From assembly GCA_964431915.1 (NCBI GenBank), contig CAYSLI010000001.1:191824-255823 (forward strand): a stretch of DNA of 64,000 nucleotides, written 5' to 3'. The notes beneath the pieces are model-generated. The model saw only the letters and a program-made list of their open reading frames with translations. It was not told the DNA's origin and did not search any database. Made by a program: the position numbers and the translations under genes. How positions within the stretch are numbered: the first letter of the stretch is position 1; each line of letters begins with the position of its first letter. Of the stretch, positions 32,305-43,058 are shown piece after piece. Source of the DNA: an uncultured Candidatus Saccharibacteria bacterium. Lineage in GTDB: Bacteria; Patescibacteriota; Minisyncoccia; Minisyncoccales; CAZKCU01.

Positions 32305-32620
32305 ATGGAAATTCGTATTTTCGATAAATCTTTAGAGAAATTTATTAAGAATCTGCAAAAGCCAACAATTGCTAAACTTTTGCGAACAACTAATTTACTT
32401 GAGAAATTTGGTCAGAAATTAGGGCCGGCCCCATACGAAGAAAATTTCAACTCGCCCTTTTGAGCTTAGAATTTCTGGTAAACAGGAAGTCAGAATTTTT
32501 TACAGTTTTTATAAATCGCGGATTTTTCTTATACACGGCTTTGTTAAAAAATCACAAAAAATCCCTCAGAGAGAAGTTAGGACGGCTTTCCAAAAATTAA
32601 GACTACTTGACAAGGTATAA
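32305..32620 (+). pseudogene. RelE/HigB (Gp49-like) toxin, frameshifted
   Basis: MEIRIFDKSLEKFI..LLEKFG in one frame; after a +1 shift near 32425-32430 it continues PHTKKI..FELRI..RIFY..HGFVKKSQKIP. Confidence 0.85.
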
Positions 32621-32648
32621 CATATACGTTATATAGAAGTTAGTGCGT

Positions 32649-32933
32649 ATGAAAAAGAAAACTTACAAACAACTAAAAAAGGAGTTATTAAAAGATAAAA
32701 AAACTAAACAGCTCTATGAGAAATTGGGGCCAGAGTTCGCGGTGATTGAAATGATTATTAAAAAAAGGATTGAGAAGGGGTTGAGTCAAAAAGAACTTGC
32801 CAGAAAAATCGGCACCAAACAATCGGCTGTTTCCCGGCTGGAATCGGGAACTTACAATCCCAGCCTTTCTTTTCTGCAGAAAGTAAGTGAAGCCTTAGAT
32901 GTGAAATTAAAAATTTCTTTGGCAGCGAGATAA
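32649..32933 (+). CDS. XRE-family HTH antitoxin (HigA-like)
   Basis: GLSQKELARKIGTKQSAVSRLESG; downstream of the toxin pseudogene. Confidence 0.88.
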   Translation: MKKKTYKQLKKELLKDKKTKQLYEKLGPEFAVIEMIIKKRIEKGLSQKELARKIGTKQSAVSRLESGTYNPSLSFLQKVSEALDVKLKISLAAR

Positions 32934-32957
32934 AAAAGTGAGGTCTATTTTATTTGA

Positions 32958-32985
32958 TTGACATTACTTCCAAAAAGATTAAAAT
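32958..32985 (+). promoter_or_regulatory. Promoter of the second TA pair (near-leaderless)
   Basis: TTGACA-16 nt-TAAAAT ending 8 nt before ATG 32994. Confidence 0.55.
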
Positions 32986-32993
32986 TAAAGTGT

Positions 32994-33212
32994 ATGACTA
33001 ATTCTTCAAAAACAATAACCTTATCGAAAGCCCTAATTCAAAGGAAAAAGGGAATAGCGATTTTACCTTTGGAAGAATACGAAAGAATCAAAGAAGATTT
33101 AGAAATGCTTCAATCAAAGAGATTGGCAAAAGAAATTGAGAAGGCAAGAAAAGAAGTAAAATCTGGGAACGTAATAAGATTAGAAGAATTGGAAAGGAAA
33201 TTAAATTTATAG
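32994..33212 (+). CDS. Putative antitoxin (RelB/Phd-like C-terminus)
   Basis: ILPLEEYERIKEDLEML...G.V..LEEL pattern; directly upstream of a relE remnant. Confidence 0.7.
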   Translation: MTNSSKTITLSKALIQRKKGIAILPLEEYERIKEDLEMLQSKRLAKEIEKARKEVKSGNVIRLEELERKLNL

Positions 33213-33222
33213 ATTCTCTGTT

Positions 33223-33474
33223 ATGAGATTAATTTTTACGAGGATAGCTTTTCATCAATTTCAAAAATTAAACCGCCCTGCTTAGAAAAGAATTGATGAA
33301 AAGCTACGTTTTTATTTATCTCAGCAAAATCCTCTGAAATTTGCCGAACCTTTAAGAGACCCTAAATTCGGAGATTGGAGGTTTCGAATCGGAGATTATA
33401 GAGTCCTTTTTGATGTTGAAGATAATAAAATTGTTGTTTTAAAAGTAGAGCATCGAAAAAACATTTATAAATAA
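33223..33474 (+). pseudogene. RelE/StbE toxin with premature stop
   Basis: In-frame TAG at 33283-33285 (codon 21); downstream WRFRIGDYRVLFD..VEHRKNIY is intact. Confidence 0.88.
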
Positions 33475-33486
33475 TTCGCAAAAAAT

Positions 33487-35931
33487 ATGAAACTTCCAAT
33501 AAAAATTAATTCAAATAATAATCTTCCTAAAAAAACTTCTCTGAGACAAAAGAGGTCTTCTGTTAAAACCGAGCCCATTCGACTGGCTCAGGGCAAGGAA
33601 ACTCCAGATACTAAAATCCAGATTCTCAAGAAGGTTAAGCTCTGGGATAAAATTGCCAAGGTTAGTATCTATCTTTTAGTATTTCTAACGCCTCTATTTT
33701 TTCTTCCTTGGACTCTTAACGTTCTTGATTTTAACAAGCAGGCCTTGATGGGGATTTTAGTAATTTTAGCCCTTTTTGCCTGGATTTTGAAAATTTTGGT
33801 TTCTGGCAAATTTGAATTTAATCTAAGCTGGCTTTCTCTTCCGATAGTAATAATGCTGGTGGTTTATGGGATTTCAACCCTTTTTTCTTTTTGGCCTTAT
33901 GGAAGTTTTTGGGGCTGGCCGCTTAATGTTAGCGCCGGATTTTTGACCCTACTTTATTTCGTATTTTTGTATTTTTTAATCGCCAATGTTTTTACAAAAA
34001 AGCAAGAGATTTTTCGGCTTTTTCTTACTTTAGTTAGTTCAGGATTTTTAGCAGCAGTCTTTGGCGGGCTTCAACTCTTTAGTAAATTTATCTTACCATG
34101 GGATTTTACCAGAATTATCTCTTTTAACACCATCGGAACAGTAAATTCGCTGGCCATATTTTTAGCTATTTTGCTTCCTTTGACAATTATCTTACAGCTT
34201 ATTGCGAAAAAGTGGATGCGGATGATGTTAGCGATTTTTGCCTTGGTAATGTTAGTTAGTTTAGTTTTGGTTAATTTTTGGGCGGCCTGGTTGGTTTTAA
34301 TCGCGGGGGCAGCAATACTTTTTATTTTTCAGATGCTTAACATTAAGGCTATTCATGGTGGCGGGATTCAGCTCTCAATAGCTCTTTTAATTATTGCTTT
34401 GTTTTTCGTTATTTTTAGGATTTCTTTGCCCGGCCTTCCCCAAACTCCATTTGAAGTTTCCCCAAGCCAGAGAGCAGAAATCAGTATTGCCGCAAACACT
34501 CTATCTAAATCTCCTATTTTGGGTACGGGACCGGGAAGTTTTGTCTATAATTTCTCAAAATTTAAATCAAAAGACCTGAACCAGACAATTTTTTGGAATG
34601 TCAGGTTTGTATCAGGTGCTTCAGAAATTCTTGATAAATTAATCACCACCGGAATTCTGGGAGTTCTTTCTTTAATTTCTATTTTTGGAATGTTTTTCTG
34701 GCTGGGTTTTAGATATTTAAGAGAAAAAGCCAGAGATATAATAGATGGAGCACCTTTCCTGTTTGGGCTGGGAATTTTTTCGTCTTTTGGCGGAATAGTC
34801 TTGAGCCAATTTCTCTATCCTGCTAATTTTTCTTTAGCTTTAGTTTTTTGGATATTGCTGGCAGGATTTACAGCGCTTGATAAAAGAAAAATTAAATCTT
34901 GGGAGATTAGCCCTGGTTCTTCTCTGGTGGTAGGATTATCTTTTTGCTTAGTTTTGGTTTTAATTTTTGGCATTGGACTTCTTTTCCTTGGAACCCAAAA
35001 ATATATGTCCGAAATAAAGTATTTTCAGGGATTGAGAGATTGGCAAGCGGGCCAAACAGAGCAGGCGATTTCACGTCTAAAAGCAGCAATTAATTTAAAT
35101 CCAAGCTTAGACGTCTATTGGCGAGATATCTCCCAGCTTTATTTAGTAAGATTAGACGAAGTTTTGCAGAGGGCTGACTTAAAGGAGATGACTTCCGAGG
35201 ACCAAATTCTTATGACTGGAGCTATAGATTCGGCAAAAGAGGCAACCAGATTAAATGAAGTTAATGTCGCTAATTGGAATGTCAGAGGATTCATTTATCG
35301 GAATATGATGGGAATAGTTGAAGGCGCCGGGGACTGGGCCCTGAATTCCTATCAGAAGGCAGGGGAATTGGAGCCTACAAATCCTTATATATTTACTGAA
35401 ATTGGCAGAATTTATATTTCAAAATTTGATTTAGGTGAAGGAGAGAGGCAAGAAAATTTAAGATTAGCTTTAGAAAGTTTTGAGCGGTCCCTTCAGCTTA
35501 AAGAGGATTATGCTCCAGCCCATTTCCAGATTGCGATGATTTATGTTAGAGAGGGAAAAACTAAGGAGGCAATAGATAAAATTGAGACAATCAAAGAGGT
35601 AGCACCGCTTGATGCAGGTCTCGCCTTTCAATTAGGTGTTATTTATTACAATGATAATCAGTTTGACAAGGCGAAAGGAGAATTTCAAAGAGCGATAAGA
35701 TTAGATGGAAATTATTCCAATGCCCGTTATTTTCTGGGATTGATTTATGACCGGGAGGAAAATAAAAAGGGAGCAATTTTGCAATTTGAAAGGATTGAAA
35801 AATTAAACCCCGAAAATTCAGAAGTTAAAAAGATTTTGGCTAATTTAAGAGCTGGAAAGCCGGCTTTAGAAGGGATTGAGCCAAGCCAGCCCCCAATTGA
35901 AGAAGCGCCCCCAGAAAGATTAGAGAAGTAA
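33487..35931 (+). CDS. Polytopic membrane protein, O-antigen ligase/oligosaccharyltransferase-like, with C-terminal TPRs
   Basis: About 12 TM helices; PILGTGPGSF motif; TPR repeats (AHFQIAMIY, LAFQLGVIY, ARYFLGLIY). Confidence 0.75.
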   Translation: MKLPIKINSNNNLPKKTSLRQKRSSVKTEPIRLAQGKETPDTKIQILKKVKLWDKIAKVSIYLLVFLTPLFFLPWTLNVLDFNKQALMGILVILALFAWILKILVSGKFEFNLSWLSLPIVIMLVVYGISTLFSFWPYGSFWGWPLNVSAGFLTLLYFVFLYFLIANVFTKKQEIFRLFLTLVSSGFLAAVFGGLQLFSKFILPWDFTRIISFNTIGTVNSLAIFLAILLPLTIILQLIAKKWMRMMLAIFALVMLVSLVLVNFWAAWLVLIAGAAILFIFQMLNIKAIHGGGIQLSIALLIIALFFVIFRISLPGLPQTPFEVSPSQRAEISIAANTLSKSPILGTGPGSFVYNFSKFKSKDLNQTIFWNVRFVSGASEILDKLITTGILGVLSLISIFGMFFWLGFRYLREKARDIIDGAPFLFGLGIFSSFGGIVLSQFLYPANFSLALVFWILLAGFTALDKRKIKSWEISPGSSLVVGLSFCLVLVLIFGIGLLFLGTQKYMSEIKYFQGLRDWQAGQTEQAISRLKAAINLNPSLDVYWRDISQLYLVRLDEVLQRADLKEMTSEDQILMTGAIDSAKEATRLNEVNVANWNVRGFIYRNMMGIVEGAGDWALNSYQKAGELEPTNPYIFTEIGRIYISKFDLGEGERQENLRLALESFERSLQLKEDYAPAHFQIAMIYVREGKTKEAIDKIETIKEVAPLDAGLAFQLGVIYYNDNQFDKAKGEFQRAIRLDGNYSNARYFLGLIYDREENKKGAILQFERIEKLNPENSEVKKILANLRAGKPALEGIEPSQPPIEEAPPERLEK

Positions 35932-35952
35932 TTTTTATCCTGAATTTTTACC

Positions 35953-35975
35953 CTATTGATTTACGAAATCAATAG
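35953..35975. terminator. Perfect 10-bp inverted repeat (terminator or operator) upstream of the rpoB promoter
   Basis: CTATTGATTT-ACG-AAATCAATAG. Confidence 0.45.
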
Positions 35976-35987
35976 ATTGAGCGGAGC

Positions 35988-36016
35988 TTGACTTTTTTGG
36001 ACAAAGGGAATAAAAT
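35988..36016 (+). promoter_or_regulatory. rpoBC promoter
   Basis: TTGACT-17 nt-TAAAAT. Confidence 0.65.
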
Positions 36017-36120
36017 AAATTGATTATTAATTTCATTACTTGATTTCTCTTAGTTAAAAAATTAAATAAAAGACATGACCCTAAAAAACAGGAGCTTAGG
36101 GTATTTTTAAATTTTGCTTT

Positions 36121-39100
36121 ATGGAGGAAATAAAAACAAAAAGTTTCTCAAAATCAAAAGTTTCTTTAGATTTACCTTTTTTATTTACTCTCCAAAAAGA
36201 AAGCTGGGAAAGATTTTGGACAGAAGGTTTAAAAGAACTTTTTTCTGAAATTTCTCCAATCAGGGACTATACCAAAAAAGAGTTAGAGCTTTGGTTTTTA
36301 GATTATAAATTAGATACGCCTAAATATAAAACTGATTTTGAGGCAAAACAGAACAATGATTCCTATGAAGCTGCCTTGAGGGCGGTAGTGAAATTAGTCA
36401 ATCTTAAGACCGGAGAAATTAAAGAGCAAGAGGTTTTTTTAACTGATTTCCCCTTAATGACTGAAAGGGGAACTTTTGTTGTTAACGGAGTGGAAAGGGT
36501 GGTAATTTCCCAACTTATTCGTTCTCCCGGAGTCTTTTTTAATAGCCAGTCTCTGCAGGGTAAAGATTGCTTTGGAGCAAAAATTATTCCCAATCGAGGG
36601 TCCTGGTTGGAATTTGAGTCAGACCCCTCTGGTTTTATTGGAGTAAAAATTGACAGAAAAAGAAAGGCTCCAGCTACCACCTTATTAAGAGCTTTTGACA
36701 AGGATAAAGATAAAAATGAAGCGATAAAAGAATTGTTCCGAGATGTAGACACTGGGGAGGTTAAATACATTGAGGAAACTTTAAAGAAAGATTTAACTCA
36801 TAATCAAGATGAGGCCTTGGTTGAGGTTTATCAAAGATTAAGGCCCGGCGATGTAGCTACTCCTGATACAGCTCGGGAACTAATTGAGAACATGTTTTTT
36901 AACTTTGGAAGATATGATTTGTCAAAAGTGGGAAGGTGGCGAATGAGACAGAAATTACCGGCACTCCGCGGCGAGGAAAAAATTAGGGTGCAAGATAGAG
37001 TTCTGAAACCAGAGGATGTGGTGGCGGTTATTCGAGAGATAATCCGTCTTAATAACGATCCAAATGGAAAGCCAGACCAGATTGACCATTTAGGGAATAG
37101 AAGAGTAAGAACTTTAGATGAGCTCTTACAAAACAGGATAAGGGTAGGGTTAATGCGCATGGAAAGGAATATTAAAGACCGGATGTCAACTTTAGATATT
37201 TATACCTTAACTCCGGTTCAACTCATTAACCCCCGTCCGGTTATGGCCATAGTCAAGGAATTTTTCACCTCCTCCCAGATGTCCCAATTTATGGATAATG
37301 AAAATCCTCTGGCTGAGTTAGAGCATAAAAGAAGGTTGTCGGCAACCGGGCCAGGAGGTCTGACCCGGGAAAGAGCTGGATTTGAGGTAAGGGATGTTCA
37401 GCCCTCTCATTACGGAAGAATCTGCCCTATCCAAACTCCAGAAGGACCAAATATCGGATTGGTTGGTCATTTAGCTTCTTTCGCCAGAATTAATCCCTAC
37501 GGTTTTATCGAGACTCCTTATTTTAAAGTAAAAAAAGGTAAGGTGACCTCAGAAATTCATTATCTTAATGCCTATGAAGAAGAGAAATATAATATTGCAT
37601 CGGGAGCTGTGCCAATAGATGAAAAAGGCAATATCTTGCCTCAAAAAGTTGAGGCAAGAATAAAAACTGAACCAGGGCTGGCAGATAGAGAGAAAATTGA
37701 CTTTATTGACGTTTCTTCTGAGCAATCTATTTCAATTGGAGCATCTTGCATCCCTTTTCTACAAAACAATGATGCCAACCGAGCCTTGATGGGATCAAAT
37801 ATGCAAAGACAGGCAGTCCCCTTAATAAAAGCAGAACCTTCTTTAGTTTGTACTGGAAAGGAGGAAAGAATAGCCAGAGACTCTGGCCAGGGAGTGATTG
37901 CCGAAGAAGACGGAGTAGTACTTGAAGTAGACGCTGACCATATTGAAGTCAAAAGTCAAAGATCCAAACTCAAAAGTTATCCTTTGAGAACTTTTATTAG
38001 AACTAACCAATATACTTGTTTTCACCAAAAACCGGTAGTGAAAAAGGGTCAAAAGATTAAAAAAGGAGATTTTTTGGCTGATGGAGGAGCAATGTCTCGG
38101 GGATATCTGGCTTTAGGGCAAAATATTTTAGTGGCCTTTCTTCCCTGGCGGGGAGGGAATTTTGAAGATGCGATTTTAATTTCAGAGAGATTGGTAAAAG
38201 ATGATGCCTATACTTCAATTCATATTGAGAGCTTTAGCTGCGACGTTAGAGAGACAAAATTGGGGCCAGAAATCACTACCTCTGACATTCCTAATGTTTC
38301 AGAAGAGAAATTAAAAGATTTAGACGAGGAGGGAATTGTCAGGATTGGAGCAGAAGTTGGCCCCAATGCTATTTTAGTTGGGAAAATTTCACCAAAAGGA
38401 GAGGCAGATTTAACCGCTGAAGAAAGGTTATTAAGGGCAATTTTTGGAGAAAAAGCCAGAGAAGTAAAGGACACCTCCTTAAGTATGGAACATGGAAAGA
38501 GGGGCAGAGTCGTAGGGATAAAGGTTTTTTCCAGAGAGGCAGGTTATAAATTAGAGCCAGGAGTTATAAAAAGGATTGAGGTAGGGGTGGCCGAGATTCG
38601 GAAAATTCAATCAGGTGATAAGTTATCCGGTCGCCACGGAAACAAAGGAGTAGTTTCTAAGGTTCTACCGACTGAAGAGATGCCGTTTATGGAAGATGGA
38701 ACTCCGATTGATATAATTTTAAATCCCTTGGGCGTTGTTTCGAGGATGAATATCGGCCAGATTTTAGAGACTCACCTGTCTTTTGCAGCCAAAAAATTGG
38801 GCTATATTGCCATTTCCCCGGCTTTGGCAGGGGCTAATGAAAAAGACATAAAAGAAGAACTGAAATTAGCCGGTCTTCCCGAAGATGGAAAGGTTAGATT
38901 ATTTGACGGAAGAACAGGCCTTCCTTTTCCTGGAAAAATTACCATAGGTTATATCTATATGATGAAATTGATCCATATGGTTAAAGATAAAATCCATATG
39001 CGCTCCATAGGTCCTTATTCTTTGATTACCCAACAGCCCTTAGGAGGAAAAGCCCAATTTGGCGGTCAGCGATTTGGCGAAATGGAAGTCTGGGCATTAG

Positions 39101-39312
39101 AAGGTTATGGTGCAGCTCATACTCTTCAGGAAATGCTGACTATAAAATCTGACGATGTTATGGGGAGAGCAGCTACCTACGAAGCAATATTAAAGGGAGA
39201 ACCAATCAGAAGCCCCAATATTCCAGCTTCCTTTAATTTATTGGTTAATGAGTTGAAGGCAATGGGATTATCAATAGAAGTAAAAGAAAAGAAAAAAGAG
39301 GAAACAAAATAA
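36121..39312 (+). CDS. rpoB: RNA polymerase beta subunit
   Basis: NGVERVVISQL, HYGRICPIQTPEGPNIGL, GDKLSGRHGNKG, GQRFGEMEVWALE. Confidence 0.99.
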   Translation: MEEIKTKSFSKSKVSLDLPFLFTLQKESWERFWTEGLKELFSEISPIRDYTKKELELWFLDYKLDTPKYKTDFEAKQNNDSYEAALRAVVKLVNLKTGEIKEQEVFLTDFPLMTERGTFVVNGVERVVISQLIRSPGVFFNSQSLQGKDCFGAKIIPNRGSWLEFESDPSGFIGVKIDRKRKAPATTLLRAFDKDKDKNEAIKELFRDVDTGEVKYIEETLKKDLTHNQDEALVEVYQRLRPGDVATPDTARELIENMFFNFGRYDLSKVGRWRMRQKLPALRGEEKIRVQDRVLKPEDVVAVIREIIRLNNDPNGKPDQIDHLGNRRVRTLDELLQNRIRVGLMRMERNIKDRMSTLDIYTLTPVQLINPRPVMAIVKEFFTSSQMSQFMDNENPLAELEHKRRLSATGPGGLTRERAGFEVRDVQPSHYGRICPIQTPEGPNIGLVGHLASFARINPYGFIETPYFKVKKGKVTSEIHYLNAYEEEKYNIASGAVPIDEKGNILPQKVEARIKTEPGLADREKIDFIDVSSEQSISIGASCIPFLQNNDANRALMGSNMQRQAVPLIKAEPSLVCTGKEERIARDSGQGVIAEEDGVVLEVDADHIEVKSQRSKLKSYPLRTFIRTNQYTCFHQKPVVKKGQKIKKGDFLADGGAMSRGYLALGQNILVAFLPWRGGNFEDAILISERLVKDDAYTSIHIESFSCDVRETKLGPEITTSDIPNVSEEKLKDLDEEGIVRIGAEVGPNAILVGKISPKGEADLTAEERLLRAIFGEKAREVKDTSLSMEHGKRGRVVGIKVFSREAGYKLEPGVIKRIEVGVAEIRKIQSGDKLSGRHGNKGVVSKVLPTEEMPFMEDGTPIDIILNPLGVVSRMNIGQILETHLSFAAKKLGYIAISPALAGANEKDIKEELKLAGLPEDGKVRLFDGRTGLPFPGKITIGYIYMMKLIHMVKDKIHMRSIGPYSLITQQPLGGKAQFGGQRFGEMEVWALEGYGAAHTLQEMLTIKSDDVMGRAATYEAILKGEPIRSPNIPASFNLLVNELKAMGLSIEVKEKKKEETK

Positions 39313-39326
39313 TATCTATTAATTTT

Positions 39327-42300
39327 ATGAGAGTAGCAGATTTAGAATCAATTAGAATAAAATTAGCCTCACCAGAGGAGATTTTGGGCTGGTCGCATGG
39401 GGAAGTAACCAAACCTGAAACCATTAATTATAGGACTCAAAAGTCAGAGAAGGACGGACTTTTTTGTCAAAAAATTTTTGGGCCGGAAAAAGATTACGAA
39501 TGTTATTGCGGGAAGTACAAAAAAATTCGTTACAAAGGAGTAATTTGTGACAGATGTGGAGTGGAAGTAACAAAATCTTCAGTCAGACGAGAACGGATGG
39601 GTCATATTAAATTGGCGACTCCTTGTTCTCATGTCTGGTTTTTAAGAGGGGTTCCTTCCCGAATGGGAATGATTTTGGATATTCCAGCTCATCAATTGGA
39701 AGGAGTAATTTATTTCGCCTCCTATATTATAACTAGTGTTTCAGAGGAAGCTAAGAAAAAAGTTCTGGGGAAAATCGAGACAGAATACAAGATGAAAGCC
39801 AGAAATCTTAAAAACAAGAAGAACAAGAAGGACCAGAAGAGCCAGAAAAACCCTAAAGCTATAAAAGGTTCTGGGACTACTAAGGTTTCTATGACTGAAT
39901 TAAAGACGGCAAGAGATAGAGCAAGAGAAGAAGTGCTTTCCTTAAAGCCTATGAAAGTCTTATCTGAAATTGAATTTCATGAGTTTTCCTTTAAATATGG
40001 AGAGTGTTTTAAAGCCGGTACCGGGTCAGAAACCCTGAGGAAAATTTTTGAGAAAATTGACCTTAAAAAAAAGATTAATAAATTGAAAGATGAATTAAAG
40101 AAAACCACTTCCCTGACTAGAAGAAAAGTTTTAAGAAGATTAAAAATTTTTCAAGGAATGGAAAGGACCGGCCTCCGACCAGAATGGATGTTCCTGACGG
40201 TTTTGCCGGTATTGCCCCCGGATTTAAGACCAATGGTTCAACTTGATGGCGGAAGATACGCCTCCTCTGACTTAAATGACCTTTATAGGAGGGTAATTAA
40301 TCGAAATAATCGGCTTCGCTACCTTCTGGAAATTGATGCCCCGGAAGTCATTGTCAGAAATGAAAAAAGAATGCTCCAGGAAGCAGTGGATGCTTTAATT
40401 GATAATGGAATGAGAAAAGGAACAATAACCCAGGCTACTACCGGCGGCAGAAGACTTTTGAAATCTTTGACTGATATGCTCAAGGGAAAGCAGGGCAGGT
40501 TTAGACAGAATCTTTTAGGGAAGAGAGTTGATTATTCTGGAAGGTCAGTAATTGTCATTGGCCCTAAGTTGAAACTTGATCAGTGCGGACTTCCTAAAAA
40601 GATGGCTTTGGAGCTCTTCAAACCCTTTATTATTAAGAAAATTTTGGATAAAGAACTTGCCTATAATGTTAGGGGAGCTACAAGGTTGATTGAAACAGAA
40701 ACAGATGAAGTCTGGGCGGCTTTAGAAGAGGTAGTCAAAGATAAATTTGTATTATTGAATCGGGCTCCGACTTTGCACAGATTGGGAATTCAGGCCTTTA
40801 GGCCAGTTTTAATTGAGGGAGAATCAATTAGAGTTCATCCAATGGTTTGCGAGGCTTTTAATGCCGATTTTGACGGGGACCAAATGGCAGTTCATCTTCC
40901 TTTGTCAGATGAGACTCAGAAGGAAGCGGAACAAATAATGTTATCTACTCTCAATCTATTGAAACCAGCTACTGGTGTTTCAATTGTCACTCCTACCCAG
41001 GATATTATTTTAGGATGCTATTGGCTAACAAAAATTGTTGAGGGATTAAAAGGCGAGGGTAAAATTTTTGGTTCTCCAGAGGAGGCGGAACTCGCCTATG
41101 AGTTTGGCCAAATCAATATAAAAGCCAGGATAAAAGTCAGAATGCCGAATGTAGTCAAAGAGGATAAATCCTCTTCTTCACCCTTCGCTGCAGCTCGGGT
41201 AGTTGATGGTTCAAAGTTTATAGAGACGTCTGTAGGAAGAATTTTATTCAACGAAACTTTACCGGAAAATCTTCCTTTTCAAAATAAAGCTATGAATTCT
41301 AAAAAATTAGAGACACTCTTAAGAGAAATTATTGAAAAATATGGGCAGGAGACGTCTTGGAAAACTCTGGATAAAATTAAAGATTTAGGTTTTGAGGCAG
41401 CTACTATTTCCGGAATATCCTGGGGGATGGACGATTTAATTGTTCCTCCCTTAAAGAAGAAAATTATCAAAGAAGCTGAAAAAGAGGTAGAGCAGATTAA
41501 TAACTATTACAAAACTGGTCTTTTTTCCAAAGAAGAAGAAACCAATAAAGTTATTGAGGTTTGGCTGAAGGCAAAATCGGAAATTGAAAAATTGGTGCCT
41601 CAAACTTTACCAAAAACAGGTTCGGTCTTCCAAATTGTAGATTCCGGGGCCCGAGGCTCTTGGGGGCAGCCAGTTCAGATGGCAGGAATGAAAGGTTTGG
41701 TTACTAATCCAGCCGGACAAATTATTGAGCTTCCGGTTAAAAGTTCTTTTAAAGAAGGATTTGATGTCTTGGAATACTTTATTTCTACCCACGGGGCAAG
41801 AAAAGGAACAGCAGATACCGCTTTAAGAACTTCCACTGCAGGTTACCTTACCAGGCGGCTTGTCGATGTTTCTCATGAAGTGGTGATTGGAGAGGAAGAT
41901 TGCGGGGACCAGACAGGAATTGAAATACTTAGACAAGATGCCGAAGATATTGGTCAAAATTTTCTTTTTAAGATTTTGGGAAGAATATCATTAGAGAATG
42001 TAAGATTTAAGGTGGAGGTTCCTGCAGGGAAAAGGGCAACCTTTAAGACCATTGTTAAAAAAGGAGAGATTATTGATTGGAAGAAGGCTGAACAAATAGT
42101 AGAAGCGGGAATTGAGAAAGTCAGAGTGCGTTCTCCAATAAGCTGCAAATCCGTCAGGGGGATTTGTCAAAAATGTTATGGTTGGGATCTTGGGGTAAAT
42201 CAATTGGTTAAATTAGGGGAAGCTGTGGGAATTGTAGCTGCCCAGGCTATTGGAGAACCAGGTACTCAGTTGACCATGAGAACTTTTCATACTGGAGGAG

Positions 42301-43034
42301 TGGCAGGTGGGGGAGATATAACTTTTGGTCTTCCCAGGGTTCAGGAGGTTTTTGAAGCCAGGAGACCTGGAGGAAAGGCCCAAATTTCCCACCTTGGAGG
42401 AAAAGTATTAAAGATAACCCCGGAGAGAGTTATAAAAATCAAAAGTAATAATCCGGGGGAAGCTGCTAAAAAAGCTGAAATTGTTGAGTATCAAATACCG
42501 CCGAAAATGGCTATCTGGGTGAAACCTGGTCAGGATATCAAAGCGGGTCAGCAACTTTGTGAAGGAAGTTTAGATTTAAAAGAGTTATTTAAAATAGGCG
42601 GGACTAAAGAAACCCAGCATTATGTTATTAATGAGATTCAAAAAATTTATGTTTCTCAAGGAGCAACCATTCATGATAAACATATCGAGGTAATAGTTCG
42701 GCAGATGTTCTCGAGGGTAAAAATTAAAGATGCTGGTCAGAGTATTTTTACTCCCGGCGAGATTATTGAGAGGGCAAAATTTTTAGAAATAAATTCTGCC
42801 TTGAAAAAAGAAGGAAAAAAACCGGCGACCTCGGTTCCCATTTTGCTTGGAATATCTCGGGTATCTTTAACTACCGATTCCTTTTTATCGGCTGCTTCTT
42901 TTCAGGAAACTTCAAGAGTTTTGATTAGAGCTGCAATCGAAGGAAAAGAAGATAAACTCCGTGGGTTAAAAGAAAATGTTATTATTGGTAAACTTATACC
43001 AGCTGGGACGGGTTTTAAGAAGTTTAAGAAATAG
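39327..43034 (+). CDS. rpoC: RNA polymerase beta' subunit
   Basis: Zn finger, GKRVDYSGRSVI, NADFDGDQMAVH, GEPGTQLTMRTFH. Confidence 0.99.
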   Translation: MRVADLESIRIKLASPEEILGWSHGEVTKPETINYRTQKSEKDGLFCQKIFGPEKDYECYCGKYKKIRYKGVICDRCGVEVTKSSVRRERMGHIKLATPCSHVWFLRGVPSRMGMILDIPAHQLEGVIYFASYIITSVSEEAKKKVLGKIETEYKMKARNLKNKKNKKDQKSQKNPKAIKGSGTTKVSMTELKTARDRAREEVLSLKPMKVLSEIEFHEFSFKYGECFKAGTGSETLRKIFEKIDLKKKINKLKDELKKTTSLTRRKVLRRLKIFQGMERTGLRPEWMFLTVLPVLPPDLRPMVQLDGGRYASSDLNDLYRRVINRNNRLRYLLEIDAPEVIVRNEKRMLQEAVDALIDNGMRKGTITQATTGGRRLLKSLTDMLKGKQGRFRQNLLGKRVDYSGRSVIVIGPKLKLDQCGLPKKMALELFKPFIIKKILDKELAYNVRGATRLIETETDEVWAALEEVVKDKFVLLNRAPTLHRLGIQAFRPVLIEGESIRVHPMVCEAFNADFDGDQMAVHLPLSDETQKEAEQIMLSTLNLLKPATGVSIVTPTQDIILGCYWLTKIVEGLKGEGKIFGSPEEAELAYEFGQINIKARIKVRMPNVVKEDKSSSSPFAAARVVDGSKFIETSVGRILFNETLPENLPFQNKAMNSKKLETLLREIIEKYGQETSWKTLDKIKDLGFEAATISGISWGMDDLIVPPLKKKIIKEAEKEVEQINNYYKTGLFSKEEETNKVIEVWLKAKSEIEKLVPQTLPKTGSVFQIVDSGARGSWGQPVQMAGMKGLVTNPAGQIIELPVKSSFKEGFDVLEYFISTHGARKGTADTALRTSTAGYLTRRLVDVSHEVVIGEEDCGDQTGIEILRQDAEDIGQNFLFKILGRISLENVRFKVEVPAGKRATFKTIVKKGEIIDWKKAEQIVEAGIEKVRVRSPISCKSVRGICQKCYGWDLGVNQLVKLGEAVGIVAAQAIGEPGTQLTMRTFHTGGVAGGGDITFGLPRVQEVFEARRPGGKAQISHLGGKVLKITPERVIKIKSNNPGEAAKKAEIVEYQIPPKMAIWVKPGQDIKAGQQLCEGSLDLKELFKIGGTKETQHYVINEIQKIYVSQGATIHDKHIEVIVRQMFSRVKIKDAGQSIFTPGEIIERAKFLEINSALKKEGKKPATSVPILLGISRVSLTTDSFLSAASFQETSRVLIRAAIEGKEDKLRGLKENVIIGKLIPAGTGFKKFKK
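41151..41203 (-). mobile_element. P1 palindromic element inserted in frame in rpoC
   Basis: Reverse complement CTACCCGAGCTGCAGCGAAGGGTGAAGAAGAGGATTTATCCTCTTTGACTAC; GTAGT direct repeats 48 nt apart. Confidence 0.8.
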
Positions 43035-43058
43035 CCAGAAACGATATAATAAAAGAAG

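Noticed and set aside
33283-33285. Stop-codon reassignment or readthrough in relE
   Set aside because: TAG and TGA terminate other genes normally (rodA, recA, groES; pilC, DGR target). A simple nonsense mutation is more likely.
36363-42203. Many antisense ORFs over rpoBC and other long genes
   Set aside because: They are shadow frames of strongly conserved genes with no independent motifs.
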